NCBI GenBank assembly: GCA_009779255.1
Contig: WREQ01000004.1
Span: forward strand, 1 to 53,768
DNA from: Dehalococcoidia bacterium
GTDB taxonomy: Bacteria > Chloroflexota > Dehalococcoidia > Dehalococcoidales > UBA1222
Reading direction: 5' to 3'
Length of the DNA: 53,768 bases
The notes below the pieces were generated by a model, which worked only from the letters and a program-made list of their open reading frames with translations, did not search any database and was not told the DNA's origin. Of the stretch, positions 9,792 through 20,643 are shown in pieces. Positions within the stretch are counted from its first letter, which is position 1. Every line of letters starts with the position of its first letter. The position numbers were made by a program, and so were the translations under genes.

Positions 9792-10291
9792 CGGGAAGCC
9801 TCGCGAAGCAGATGACCAATCTCCGGCAGGATTATCTTCTCCAGCGCCAGCCTGACCGCCTTGGGCGATCCTGGCAGGCAAATCGCAATCTTGCCGAGAG
9901 CGACCCCTGCGGTAGCCCGACTGAGAATACTACCCGTACCGATTTCCTGATAGGTAAGGAATCGGAACAGCTCCCCGAAACCATCCAGCCGTTTTTCCAG
10001 CATCGGCAGCACCGTTTCAATGGTAATATCTTTCTTAGATGCGCCGGTACCGCCGCTAATGATAATCACCTGCGTACCGGCAGAATGCAACAGGTCTCCC
10101 AATTTTTCACGGATGGATTCTGCATCATTCTTGAGCATTGCAAAGGAACTTACCTTGTGCCCGGCCGCTGTCAGCCCGTCAACCAGCAGTTTGCCGGACT
10201 CATCGGTCTTTTCGGTGCGCGAGTCGGAAATAATGACTACGGCGCAGTCGACAACCTGAGGCGATATATCCTTGTGATCTTCGTATCCCAT
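9788..10291 (-). CDS. moaB: MogA/MoaB-family molybdopterin adenylyltransferase
   Basis: ISDSRTEKTDESG, GGTGASKKDITIE, GFGELFR, LSRATAG, LPGSPKAV. Confidence 0.92.
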   Translation of the reverse strand: MGYEDHKDISPQVVDCAVVIISDSRTEKTDESGKLLVDGLTAAGHKVSSFAMLKNDAESIREKLGDLLHSAGTQVIIISGGTGASKKDITIETVLPMLEKRLDGFGELFRFLTYQEIGTGSILSRATAGVALGKIAICLPGSPKAVRLALEKIILPEIGHLLREASR

Positions 10292-10452
10292 ATCAATCTC
10301 CTGCGGAAATATCCCGTGAGGACTAAGGTATTATAGCCAGACAGGCAAACGGGCGCAACGCCAGTCAACAGCATTACTCAAAAACCCAGCCGTGTGGGCG
10401 CGTTGAGTTTAGTCCTGCATTCATGTATCATAAACGAACTGGGGTCGGGCTT

Positions 10453-11334
10453 ATGTTCAAAAAAATGCTGGTTCCGCTGGATGGTTCTGAAATCTCTGAA
10501 GTCACGTTCAATTACGCCAGAGAACTGGCGGAGCGTTTTGACGGGCTTGAGGTTATCCTTCTGCATGTCTCGCAGGATCGAGCCGCCGCCATGCACCGCA
10601 CCTATATTGAGCATTCCGCCGCCAAAATCCGCGAGGCCGCCGGCAGGCCTGACGTCAACGTACGCGGTGAATTGCTGTTCGGCACGCCAGCGGACGAAAT
10701 CCTGCGCTATACCCAGCAAAACCGCGTCGATATCATCCTGATGGCAACCCACGGACGCTCCGGCGTCAGCCGCTGGGCCATGGGCAGCGTAACCTACAAG
10801 GTACTGCGCCAGGCTAAAGTGCCGGTGTTGCTGGTGCGCGCCGGAATAGACGACGCCATCATTTTGGACAAGCTCCCCGAGCGACGCATCTTGGTGGCGC
10901 TGGACGGCACAAAATCGGCGGAGGCAGTGTTGCCCTCAGTGGAGGCTATCGCCACCCAATGGGGCAAGGATTCGGTACAAATAATACTGATTCGCACCTG
11001 CACCCCCACGCAAATATGCTCCGATTATCCTTCCGACCTGGAGCAGAGCTGGGAGGCGCGGGTCGAGCAGGAAAACCTGAAATGCAGCCTGGTGGCCGGA
11101 GCATATCTGGCAGATATTGAAAAACACTTCAAGGACGCAGGGTTCAGGGTCAGGTCGGAAATACCGTTCGGAGATCCGGCAGAAGAAATCCTGCAGGCTT
11201 CGGTGAACAACAACGCCAATCTTATTGCCATGGTGCTACACGGCCGCTCCGGCATCAGCCGCTGGGCCTACGGCGATACCGCAGAAGACGTCATGCTGGG
11301 CGCCCGCACGCCAATTATGCTGGTTAAAAGCTGA
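10453..11334 (+). CDS. Tandem-domain universal stress protein
   Basis: Two USP domains (KKMLVPLDGS / RILVALDGT), each with G.PA.EIL and HGRSG.SRWA.G motifs. Confidence 0.92.
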   Translation: MFKKMLVPLDGSEISEVTFNYARELAERFDGLEVILLHVSQDRAAAMHRTYIEHSAAKIREAAGRPDVNVRGELLFGTPADEILRYTQQNRVDIILMATHGRSGVSRWAMGSVTYKVLRQAKVPVLLVRAGIDDAIILDKLPERRILVALDGTKSAEAVLPSVEAIATQWGKDSVQIILIRTCTPTQICSDYPSDLEQSWEARVEQENLKCSLVAGAYLADIEKHFKDAGFRVRSEIPFGDPAEEILQASVNNNANLIAMVLHGRSGISRWAYGDTAEDVMLGARTPIMLVKS

Positions 11335-11363
11335 CGGCTATTTCCGGCATACCCATACACTTC

Positions 11364-11780
11364 TTACGCGCCGTTCTTCAGCCTGAAGATCTTTTTGAGA
11401 AGCTTGAACAGCTCCAGCTTTACGAATATCGTGGATGTCAGCCCCAAAGCCATCAGCCACTCCCCCATATCAAGCGAGTGGGTTATTGAAAAAACCATGC
11501 ATAGCAGGCAGATGCACGATAAGCACCAGAAGCACAATTTCCCATGCAATGGCCAGCTATTCTTGAAAATCCCCACACGGAATATGGAACGCTCCAGTAA
11601 ACGGCAATTGAAGGCCTTGAAAAACTGCACCAGAATCAGAATAACGAAACACGGGCTTTGCGCTTCCTCAAGAGGTTTTTCGGCTTTGACAGCCCATCCT
11701 TTAACAGGCACAGTTCCCTGACGATAGCGATGGCGGTGGCCTTGTGATCTCCGGCAATCATCACCGTGCGGATTCCGGCG
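11364..11780 (-). pseudogene. Remnant of a cation-transporting P-type ATPase (Ca2+-type)
   Basis: AGIRTVMIAGDHKATAIAI (the MITGD motif) is joined directly to C-terminal membrane segments (VQFFKAFNCR..SIFRVGIFKNSW; EWLMALGLTSTIFVKLEL) across frameshifts. Most of the gene is missing. Confidence 0.75.
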
Positions 11781-11850
11781 TCCACCCATGCAGACCGGAA
11801 TGACATTCTCTTTCCCGCGTCATTGCAGGATTGCCCCGCAATCCAGAATG
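11770..11850. repeat. REP-like palindromic repeat of the GTCATT...AATCC class (two arms)
   Basis: GGATTCCGG-N16-CCGGAATGAC (11770-11804) and GTCATTGCAGGATTGCCCCGCAATCCAG (11819-11846). The latter matches 45936-45963 on the opposite strand at 22/28. Confidence 0.65.
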
Positions 11851-12078
11851 CTCGTAAATCCATGCCGGAGAAGCGAGCCTGCGAGTGACGAAGCATCCGG
11901 AGGAGGCGGGAGTAGTAATTGGCACCTCACCACCAGGATGGACTTGTGCGAAACTCATAACTGACCACTGAAAACTGATTACTTTCGGCCTTGTGTCCCC
12001 AAACACCTGGACAAGCATGGCTGCTTGTCAGCCGCCGGCGCCGGTGTTATAATCCCCCGTACCCCTTAGGAATTGATA

Positions 12079-13841
<1,763 letters not shown>

Positions 13842-13906
13842 AGGCCGGCCAGTGTGATAGGCTTCGCTAATTCCGTTCTGGTTGGTTCGTAGAATCATTG
13901 ATGGCA

Positions 13907-13941
13907 AATTGAGCGTTCTCCCTACAGGAGAACGCTCAATT
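13907..13941. terminator. Perfect 15-bp stem hairpin between the convergent eno and lipoprotein genes
   Basis: AATTGAGCGTTCTCC-CTACA-GGAGAACGCTCAATT. U-tracts are weak, so the terminator role is only inferred. Confidence 0.55.
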
Positions 13942-13984
13942 CTTCAGCGGGTTGGACAGCAAGATAAATAGAGTGTTGAAGATT

Positions 13985-14491
13985 TTACATCGGATTCTGC
14001 GTAGGCGGAAAGGATTGATATTCCTCAGTGTTCGCGCAGTAATCATATAGCATATTGCTAAATGCCCACAGGTTTGGATATGATGCATACGCCGAATTGT
14101 TATAAATAATGGTATGCAACTCACCGTTTAAGCGGAATGTGATTCTATAATCCACCCATGGAGATATTATAGGCCCTTCTGTCAACGTATCACCAAGCCC
14201 GCTGAGTGATTTTATATCATGCTCAACGAGGGCATTGTAAATGAGCTTTAAATCATCGCTTGGTATAACATACGTTGTATAAATATAGTCTCCAACGCTT
14301 GGACTAAAAGTCTTACCTATAATTTTTCTTTTAGTATCAAGCATTGTCCTGAATGGGCCGGAACGCCAGTCGTTTTCATAGATGATATAAAAGTCACTGG
14401 GCATAACAGTTGGTGCGGGCGCTGCAGTAGTGGTCAGTTTCGTGGTATCCACGTTTCGGCAGGCAGGGAGCATACCCAAAACAACAACCAT
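13985..14491 (-). CDS. Putative lipoprotein, family A copy 1 (true start probably 14511 with a 1-bp frameshift)
   Basis: Lipobox-like MLPAC. Shares FYIIYE, LDT...I(I/V)GK, RITFxL and EYQSFP with the ORFs at 14592 and 28713. Confidence 0.75.
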   Translation of the reverse strand: MVVVLGMLPACRNVDTTKLTTTAAPAPTVMPSDFYIIYENDWRSGPFRTMLDTKRKIIGKTFSPSVGDYIYTTYVIPSDDLKLIYNALVEHDIKSLSGLGDTLTEGPIISPWVDYRITFRLNGELHTIIYNNSAYASYPNLWAFSNMLYDYCANTEEYQSFPPTQNPM

Positions 14492-14591
14492 GGCAATAAC
14501 AACTTCCTCATAGTCAAACCCTTGTCATAGCTGTGATTTCACACGCACTTTAACCACTCACACGGCTAATGCGCTGCGGCAATGCACTTTA

Positions 14592-15131
14592 TCAAGGCCA
14601 TGAGGCTTCCGGAAGTGACTGATATGCATCGTTATCTGCGTAGTACTTCACTAAAACGCTGGACACAAATGTAAATAAATCGCGATTGCCTCCCCCACTG
14701 GAAGTTGACCCATCCCAAAGTATGGGATACACCGTGCCGTATAACCAAAAGGTTATTCGATAAGTGCGATTGTCAGATATGCTAACCCATTTATTGCTTT
14801 TGATTAACGAACCCCTATACGCTGTAATCCTATACTTGGCAATGCCGTCATATATAGCCTGTAAATGCTCATGCGGCATCTGGTAGTAAACGGAGGCATA
14901 TTGGCCGCCACCCAGGTATTTACCCACGATGTTATTGCGTGTATCCAGCAGAGTCATGAAACCGGACTGAGGAAACCCGGCTACTGCCATTTCGTAAATG
15001 ATGTAGAAATTATTCGGCATATCCTCCGGCATATCCTCAACCCTATTTTTCGGCATACACCCGAATGATAGTGTCAGAATCATTATTGCCAGAACGGCCG
15101 ATAACAACCTTTTCAGCACTATTATTACCAT
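14592..15131 (-). CDS. Putative lipoprotein, family A copy 2
   Basis: Signal peptide KRLLSAVLAIMILTLSFGC; FYIIYE, LDTRNNIVGK, YRITFWL, AYQSLP. Start codon uncertain. Confidence 0.8.
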   Translation of the reverse strand: MVIIVLKRLLSAVLAIMILTLSFGCMPKNRVEDMPEDMPNNFYIIYEMAVAGFPQSGFMTLLDTRNNIVGKYLGGGQYASVYYQMPHEHLQAIYDGIAKYRITAYRGSLIKSNKWVSISDNRTYRITFWLYGTVYPILWDGSTSSGGGNRDLFTFVSSVLVKYYADNDAYQSLPEASWP

Positions 15132-15215
15132 GCGGTAAATTCCCTTATCACGAAGCACCTGATATTCATCGGGTCTCTTGAATCAGGAGTTTTTCATGTT
15201 CCTGCTTATGACTTG

Positions 15216-15244
15216 ACTCTAGCAATTCAAAGCAGGGTTGTCAA
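15216..15244 (-). promoter_or_regulatory. Sigma70-type promoter for the family A lipoprotein pair
   Basis: Minus strand TTGACA-17 nt-TAGAGT. Confidence 0.6.
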
Positions 15245-15256
15245 GCATTCGCTATA

Positions 15257-15273
15257 TATTCTCCGTAAATATC
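15257..15273 (+). repeat. Islet-boundary motif, copy 1 (17-bp core)
   Basis: TATTCTCCGTAAATATC, identical to 29820-29836 and to the reverse complement of 39407-39423. Confidence 0.85.
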
Positions 15274-15329
15274 TATTCTATCCGCTTGCAACTCAGCCAA
15301 ACGATTTGCGCCTCTGTCAGCACCCCCAC

Positions 15330-16178
15330 CTACCCCTCAAGCCACCTCAAAAAGTCCTCGTTGGATGAGAACCAGTGCAGATTCTTGTCGTTGAAGCAGA
15401 CGCTCACCGTCAGACCGAGCTGATCACCAGATCGTGACCACCAATCGGACCAGTCACCCAACACTTCCGCAGCAGGAGCGCTGCGATTGCTGCGGGGATT
15501 ATTAAGGAAACTCCCGGCCGGATCCAGTATGGATAACCCGCCGCCGCTCACCGGTATGATCACCGCCGCGTGTCCAGACCCATCATCGAAGAACACTATG
15601 ACCACATAAGCATCTATATCAGAAGCAGAATAAGCCCGAATCATGCTGAGCAGCAGCAACGCCATATCCTCGCAGTCACCTGTCCGGATGTTCAGAGTTT
15701 CGACTGGCCGCTGCCAACCTGCCTGCTCCAACCACTCCCCATAATTCCGCGCGACCGACGGCAGCGGCTCCGACACATCGTCAACATAGTCAATATTGCG
15801 ATAAACCCATGAATACAACGTGGTCAAATCGCGCCGTGTTTTAGAGGCATCCGAAGCATCGTAACCGGACACCAGCGACTGCACTTGCGCTACAATAAAT
15901 GGGTCATCAGGGGTAACGAAGGCCTTCATGGCATTTGCCGCAGACATCTCGTTTGCCAGCGGAATGAAGAATCTCCAGATCATAATCAGAGCCAGCAGTA
16001 GCAGCACCGGAATTATGGAGAACTTGAATCTGTTGTGGCGGCTGACGGGAGCATGATGAACGGCGAAATCAGACAATAATGCCGTGCTGCCAGGCGGCAG
16101 GTTGCATGGTCTGCCGCATCGGGAACAGAACATGGCACCAGCCGAAACGATACCGCCGCAGCTATTGCAGTAAAACAC
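15330..16178 (-). CDS. Zinc-ribbon / single-TM / transglutaminase-like cysteine protease domain protein
   Basis: N-terminal CxxCG...FCxxCG, one TM helix, putative triad in GDCEDMALLL / GHAAV / ILDP. Confidence 0.8.
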   Translation of the reverse strand: MFYCNSCGGIVSAGAMFCSRCGRPCNLPPGSTALLSDFAVHHAPVSRHNRFKFSIIPVLLLLALIMIWRFFIPLANEMSAANAMKAFVTPDDPFIVAQVQSLVSGYDASDASKTRRDLTTLYSWVYRNIDYVDDVSEPLPSVARNYGEWLEQAGWQRPVETLNIRTGDCEDMALLLLSMIRAYSASDIDAYVVIVFFDDGSGHAAVIIPVSGGGLSILDPAGSFLNNPRSNRSAPAAEVLGDWSDWWSRSGDQLGLTVSVCFNDKNLHWFSSNEDFLRWLEG

Positions 16179-16245
16179 TCTGGCTCACTCCCCAAAATAC
16201 GTTCAACCGGCACACCGGCTGATTATCACCTGATAAAACGCCTCG

Positions 16246-16878
16246 CTAACGGATGAAATTCGTCCTGACCAGCGCCTCTCGCTCCGGCAGTGGCACGCCG
16301 GCCGCAAAACCAGCCTCTTTGCACTTCAGGAACCACGCCATGTTGCGCGCCAGCACGCGCATGATCTGCAATCCTTCAATATCCCGACGCACATCTTCAG
16401 GCGTATGCCCATGCACCATGTTCCAGTAGCGGGACGAAATGACCGGCATCTCGGAAATGGTGAAATATTTGTTCAGCTGGTCGAAGGCAGCAGTAGTTCC
16501 AGCCCGTCGCGCCGAAACCACGCCTGCCGCCGGCTTGAGATAGAACGAGCGCCGCCCGGACTGCGCGTCCGCGTAAAACACGCGATCCATGAAGCAGGTC
16601 ATGGCCCCGCCCAGCGCCGCGTAATGCACCGGCGAACCGAAAACGAAGCCATCGGCATCACTGGCAACATCCAGAAACTCGTTGACCCTGTCCTCGAAAA
16701 CACAGCGCCCAAGTTCGGCACACCTCCTGCAGGCAACGCAGCCAGACAGCGGCCGGGCGCCTATCTGGAAAATCTCTGTTTCGATGCCTTCCACAAGCAG
16801 TGTGTTCGCCACCTCCTCCAGCGCCGTATAGGTGCAACCGTTGGCATGGAGTGAACCGTTAACCAGCAAAACTTTCAT
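16246..16878 (-). CDS. Iron-sulfur flavoprotein (flavodoxin / NADPH-dependent FMN reductase family)
   Basis: VLLVNGS, CVACRRC-x5-C cluster motif, GSPVHYA, SARRAG, YWNMVHG. Confidence 0.9.
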   Translation of the reverse strand: MKVLLVNGSLHANGCTYTALEEVANTLLVEGIETEIFQIGARPLSGCVACRRCAELGRCVFEDRVNEFLDVASDADGFVFGSPVHYAALGGAMTCFMDRVFYADAQSGRRSFYLKPAAGVVSARRAGTTAAFDQLNKYFTISEMPVISSRYWNMVHGHTPEDVRRDIEGLQIMRVLARNMAWFLKCKEAGFAAGVPLPEREALVRTNFIR

Positions 16879-17208
16879 ATCTCTCTCCCATATCTGACTG
16901 TTATATGATAGACCGCCGGTAAAAAATTCTCCACCTTTTGGGGGTTATTATCCGTTATTTTAACTGATGTTGAGAAAAACTTTTAGCAATGCATCTGGGT
17001 TAGCCCTACATACAGCGAAATATGTCGTAACTCCTGGAGAGAAACATTACTAACCAAGTTTACCATATCATGTAAAGCCCCCTGACTTGTGACAAGGTTA
17101 ATCCATGGTGTGAGATAACCATCTATTGGCATAGCATGCCTCTTCTGAATAGACCATAGAGCCGCTACTTTGCCAACCGCCACACAACCGCCTAAAATAT
17201 AAGCCGGA

Positions 17209-18288
17209 ATGCAAAACGTAAATAAGTCAGTCGGCATCACCACCACCGTCCCAGTCGAGGTCATGATAGCTGCGGGCTACACACCGATAGACCTCAACAA
17301 TATCTTCATTTCCGACGAACACCCAGAACGGCTGGTGCGCACCGCAGAGCGCGCCGGATTCCCGCTCAACACCTGCGCATGGATTAAGGGGATTTATGCG
17401 GTGGTGCTGGAGCGGGGCATCGACGCCGTGCTGGGCGTCACCACCGGCGACTGCTCCAACACCGCCATGCTGATGGAGGTGCTGGGGACGCGTGGGGTGA
17501 AGACCATCCCCTTCCCATATCCCGACCACCCCGACACCGCGCTGATGCAGGCCGCGCTGGAGCGGCTGGCAGACGACATGGGAACAACGACAGCAGAAGC
17601 GGAGAGGGTAAAGGAAGCTCTGAGTCCGGCACGCAATGCAGTTCACGAACTCGACCGACTGACCTGGCAGGAAAACACCATCTCAGGGTTCGAGAACCAC
17701 TACTGGCTGGTATCTGGCTCTGACTTCAACAGGGACACGGAAAAATATCAATCAGACATTGAGACGCTTATCGCCGAAGCGAAAAAGAGGCCGGCCTATC
17801 CCGCCAGCGAACTAAGACTGGGCTACATCGGCGTGCCTTCGGTTTACGGCAGGGAATTGTATCCCTTCCTTGAACAAAACGGGGCGCGGGTGGTATATAA
17901 TGAAATCCAGCGCCAGTTCGCCATGCCGGAGCACGGCAGACCGCTGGCGGAGCAGTACACACGCTATACCTATCCATATGACATCGTGGGACGTATTCGT
18001 GACATCAAAAGCGAAATTGAAAAGCGGAGTATTGATGGCATTATCCACTACGTGCAGGCCTTCTGCCATCGCGCCATCGGCGACATCGTGCTGCGACAAC
18101 GGCTGGGCGTACCTGTCCTCACCATCGAGGGCAACGCCGAATTCGGCCTCACCCAGCACCTGAAAACACGTCTAGAGGCATTCGTGGACATGCTGGCGCA
18201 GCTCAAGCAAAGAGCCAGGCAGGATTCAAGCGGGGACGCTCCAGTCAATGGAGAGATGCCAGCATCTCCCCACTTGCGGGGAAAGTGA
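17209..18288 (+). CDS. 2-hydroxyacyl-CoA dehydratase subunit (HgdB/BadD-like family)
   Basis: GITTTVPVEV, GFPLNTCAWIKGIY, GDCSNT, DGIIHYVQAFCHR, TRLEAFVDML, with three Cys as candidate Fe-S ligands. Confidence 0.8.
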   Translation: MQNVNKSVGITTTVPVEVMIAAGYTPIDLNNIFISDEHPERLVRTAERAGFPLNTCAWIKGIYAVVLERGIDAVLGVTTGDCSNTAMLMEVLGTRGVKTIPFPYPDHPDTALMQAALERLADDMGTTTAEAERVKEALSPARNAVHELDRLTWQENTISGFENHYWLVSGSDFNRDTEKYQSDIETLIAEAKKRPAYPASELRLGYIGVPSVYGRELYPFLEQNGARVVYNEIQRQFAMPEHGRPLAEQYTRYTYPYDIVGRIRDIKSEIEKRSIDGIIHYVQAFCHRAIGDIVLRQRLGVPVLTIEGNAEFGLTQHLKTRLEAFVDMLAQLKQRARQDSSGDAPVNGEMPASPHLRGK

Positions 18289-18379
18289 GAGAAGGGTAAA
18301 GTTATTGATAAAGAATCTCTCTTCAAGTTAGTTGCGCAATCATCTATCATCGTCAAATAAAATATTGGGGAGGAGAAAT

Positions 18380-19396
18380 ATGACAGTCAAAGTAGGCATC
18401 AACGGATTCGGACGCATCGGGCGGCTCACTCTCAGGACCATTCACCAACGCTACGGCGGCGAACTGGAGGTGGTGGCGGTAAATGACCTTACGGATACCA
18501 AAACCAACGCCCACTTGTTCAAGTATGACTCCACCTACGGCCGCTATAACGGAGAGGTGAAGGCGGCAAACGACATCATCAGCGTGAACGGTGAACATAT
18601 CAAGGTCTTCGCTGAGCGAGACCCCGCCGCCATCCCCTGGGACTCCGTCGGCGCCGAGATTGTAATCGAGTCAACAGGGCTGTTCACCGACGCCGAGAGA
18701 GCCGCCGCTCACCTCAGGAGCGGAGCCAAAAAAGTTATTATCTCCGCTCCAGCCAAGAAGGATGATGTTACCATCGTGCTGGGCGTAAATCAGGACCAAT
18801 ACGACCCTGCAAAACACCATATCATCTCCAACGCCTCATGCACCACCAACGGGCTGGCACCCGTGGCCAAGGTGCTGAATGACAATTTCGGCATCCAGAA
18901 GGCCTTCATGAGTACCATCCACGCCTATACCAACGACCAGCGATTGCAGGATACAGCTCACAAGGATTTGAGGAGAGCGCGCGCCGCCTGCGAAAACATC
19001 GTGCCCACCGCCACCGGCGCCGCCACCGCCATCAGCCGCGTGCTACCTGAGCTAGCGGGCAAAATGCACGGCATCGCTTTCCGCGTACCCACCGCCACCG
19101 TCTCTCTCATCGACCTGGTGGCTGTCACCGAAAAAGATGTGACGGCAGAGCAGATCAACACCGCCTTCAGGGAAGCCGCGGCGACCGGCCCGCTGCACGG
19201 GATTCTGGAATACGTGGAGGATGAGCTGGTTTCCTCCGACTTTGCCGGCTCGGTCTACTCTTCCAGCTTTGATGCCAAATCCACACTGGTCATGGGCGGC
19301 AATCTGGTCAAGGTGCTCGCTTGGTACGACAACGAATGGAGCTACTGCTGCCGGCTAGGCGATCTGGCAGCCTTCATCGCCAGAAAAGGTTTGTAA
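18380..19396 (+). CDS. gap: Glyceraldehyde-3-phosphate dehydrogenase, type I
   Basis: VGINGFGRIGR, IESTG, SNASCTTN, FRVPT, WYDNEW. Start ATG 18380 after GGAGGAG. Confidence 0.98.
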   Translation: MTVKVGINGFGRIGRLTLRTIHQRYGGELEVVAVNDLTDTKTNAHLFKYDSTYGRYNGEVKAANDIISVNGEHIKVFAERDPAAIPWDSVGAEIVIESTGLFTDAERAAAHLRSGAKKVIISAPAKKDDVTIVLGVNQDQYDPAKHHIISNASCTTNGLAPVAKVLNDNFGIQKAFMSTIHAYTNDQRLQDTAHKDLRRARAACENIVPTATGAATAISRVLPELAGKMHGIAFRVPTATVSLIDLVAVTEKDVTAEQINTAFREAAATGPLHGILEYVEDELVSSDFAGSVYSSSFDAKSTLVMGGNLVKVLAWYDNEWSYCCRLGDLAAFIARKGL

Positions 19397-19473
19397 AGGC
19401 GGCAGATAATAGACAAACACCTGCTCAAACAGCTAGAATTAGCCAGTTTCTCCCGAATCTCTGGAGGTAAAAG

Positions 19474-20643
19474 ATGAAGATTGTGGTAATAGGCATCGGC
19501 CAGTGCGGATCGCGCATCGCCGACGAGTTCGCCCGCATCAACCGGAAGGCCATATCGGAGCGCGGCATTGAAATCTGTCCTGGCGCGTTCGCCGTAAACA
19601 CCGACTCCACCGACCTTTCCGGACTGCGAACCATCAAATCGGACTTCCAGCACCGCATTCTTATCGGCACCAACCGTACTGGAGGGCACGGCGTAGGCAA
19701 GATGAACGATGTTGGCGCCGAGGTGGCACGCGAAGACGCGGACAAGATAGTGGACGCCCTGCGCTCGTCCAAAAAGTTCTATGAAACCGATGCCTTCCTG
19801 GTAGCTGCCTCCACCGGTGGCGGCACCGGCAGCGGCGGGCTGGCCATCATCACCCAGCATATAAAAGACCGCTACGCCGACAAGCCGGTCTACGCCATGG
19901 CCGTACTCCCATTCGAACACGAACAGGAAAACGAGGAACGCGCCATCTACAACACCGCCGTCTGCCTGAAAAGCGTTTACACGGTAGCTGACGCCGTTTT
20001 CCTAGTTGACAATCAGCGTTATGTAAAAAAGGGCCAGTCCATGCAGTCAAACCTCGACCATATCAACGCCTTGATTGTCGAACCGTTCTACGACCTGCTG
20101 TGCGCAGGCGAGGAAAAACGCGCCGCCAACGTCGGCTCCAAGACGGTTGACGCCGGGGACATCATCCAGACGCTGTCCGGATGGAGCGTCATCGGACACG
20201 GCTCTATCAAACTCGATGGCGGCCTGAGATTATCCGTAGGCAACGACTTCCGCCAAAAGAGTACCGAGACGCACAAGGGCATCAGGGCTATGGACACCGC
20301 CGTCTCCGAACTTTCCAGTAAGATATCCGCCAGAGACGCCGGACGCGCCATGTTCCTGATTTCAGCCCCAGCCAACGAGATTAACGTGGATTTGGTCAAG
20401 GAAATCGGCGGCTGGATCAAGGAAATCGCCCCCAACGCCGTGGTGCGCAATGGCGACTACCCGACTGGCAAGACGCTGGACGTAACGCTGATTCTCTCCG
20501 AGCTGGCGGACGCCGAAATCGTGCGCAATTACTACACCCGCTCCGCCAGTCTGGTACCGGTGATGAAAATGCGGCAGGAAGAAGTGCGCGCCAAACTACA
20601 GGCCATTGACGACGCCGGCAAAGATATTCCGACTGTGCTCTGA
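19474..20643 (+). CDS. Tubulin/FtsZ-superfamily GTPase, CetZ-like
   Basis: MKIVVIGIGQCGSRIAD, AVNTD, GHGVG, GGGTGSG signature, VLPF, VDN. T7 region reads VDAGDIIQTL rather than the FtsZ NxDFAD. Confidence 0.85.
   Translation: MKIVVIGIGQCGSRIADEFARINRKAISERGIEICPGAFAVNTDSTDLSGLRTIKSDFQHRILIGTNRTGGHGVGKMNDVGAEVAREDADKIVDALRSSKKFYETDAFLVAASTGGGTGSGGLAIITQHIKDRYADKPVYAMAVLPFEHEQENEERAIYNTAVCLKSVYTVADAVFLVDNQRYVKKGQSMQSNLDHINALIVEPFYDLLCAGEEKRAANVGSKTVDAGDIIQTLSGWSVIGHGSIKLDGGLRLSVGNDFRQKSTETHKGIRAMDTAVSELSSKISARDAGRAMFLISAPANEINVDLVKEIGGWIKEIAPNAVVRNGDYPTGKTLDVTLILSELADAEIVRNYYTRSASLVPVMKMRQEEVRAKLQAIDDAGKDIPTVL

Noticed and set aside
16880-17200. Gene in the AT-rich gap between the flavoprotein and dehydratase genes
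   Set aside because: Only short frames with no recognisable family. It may be a remnant but cannot be supported.
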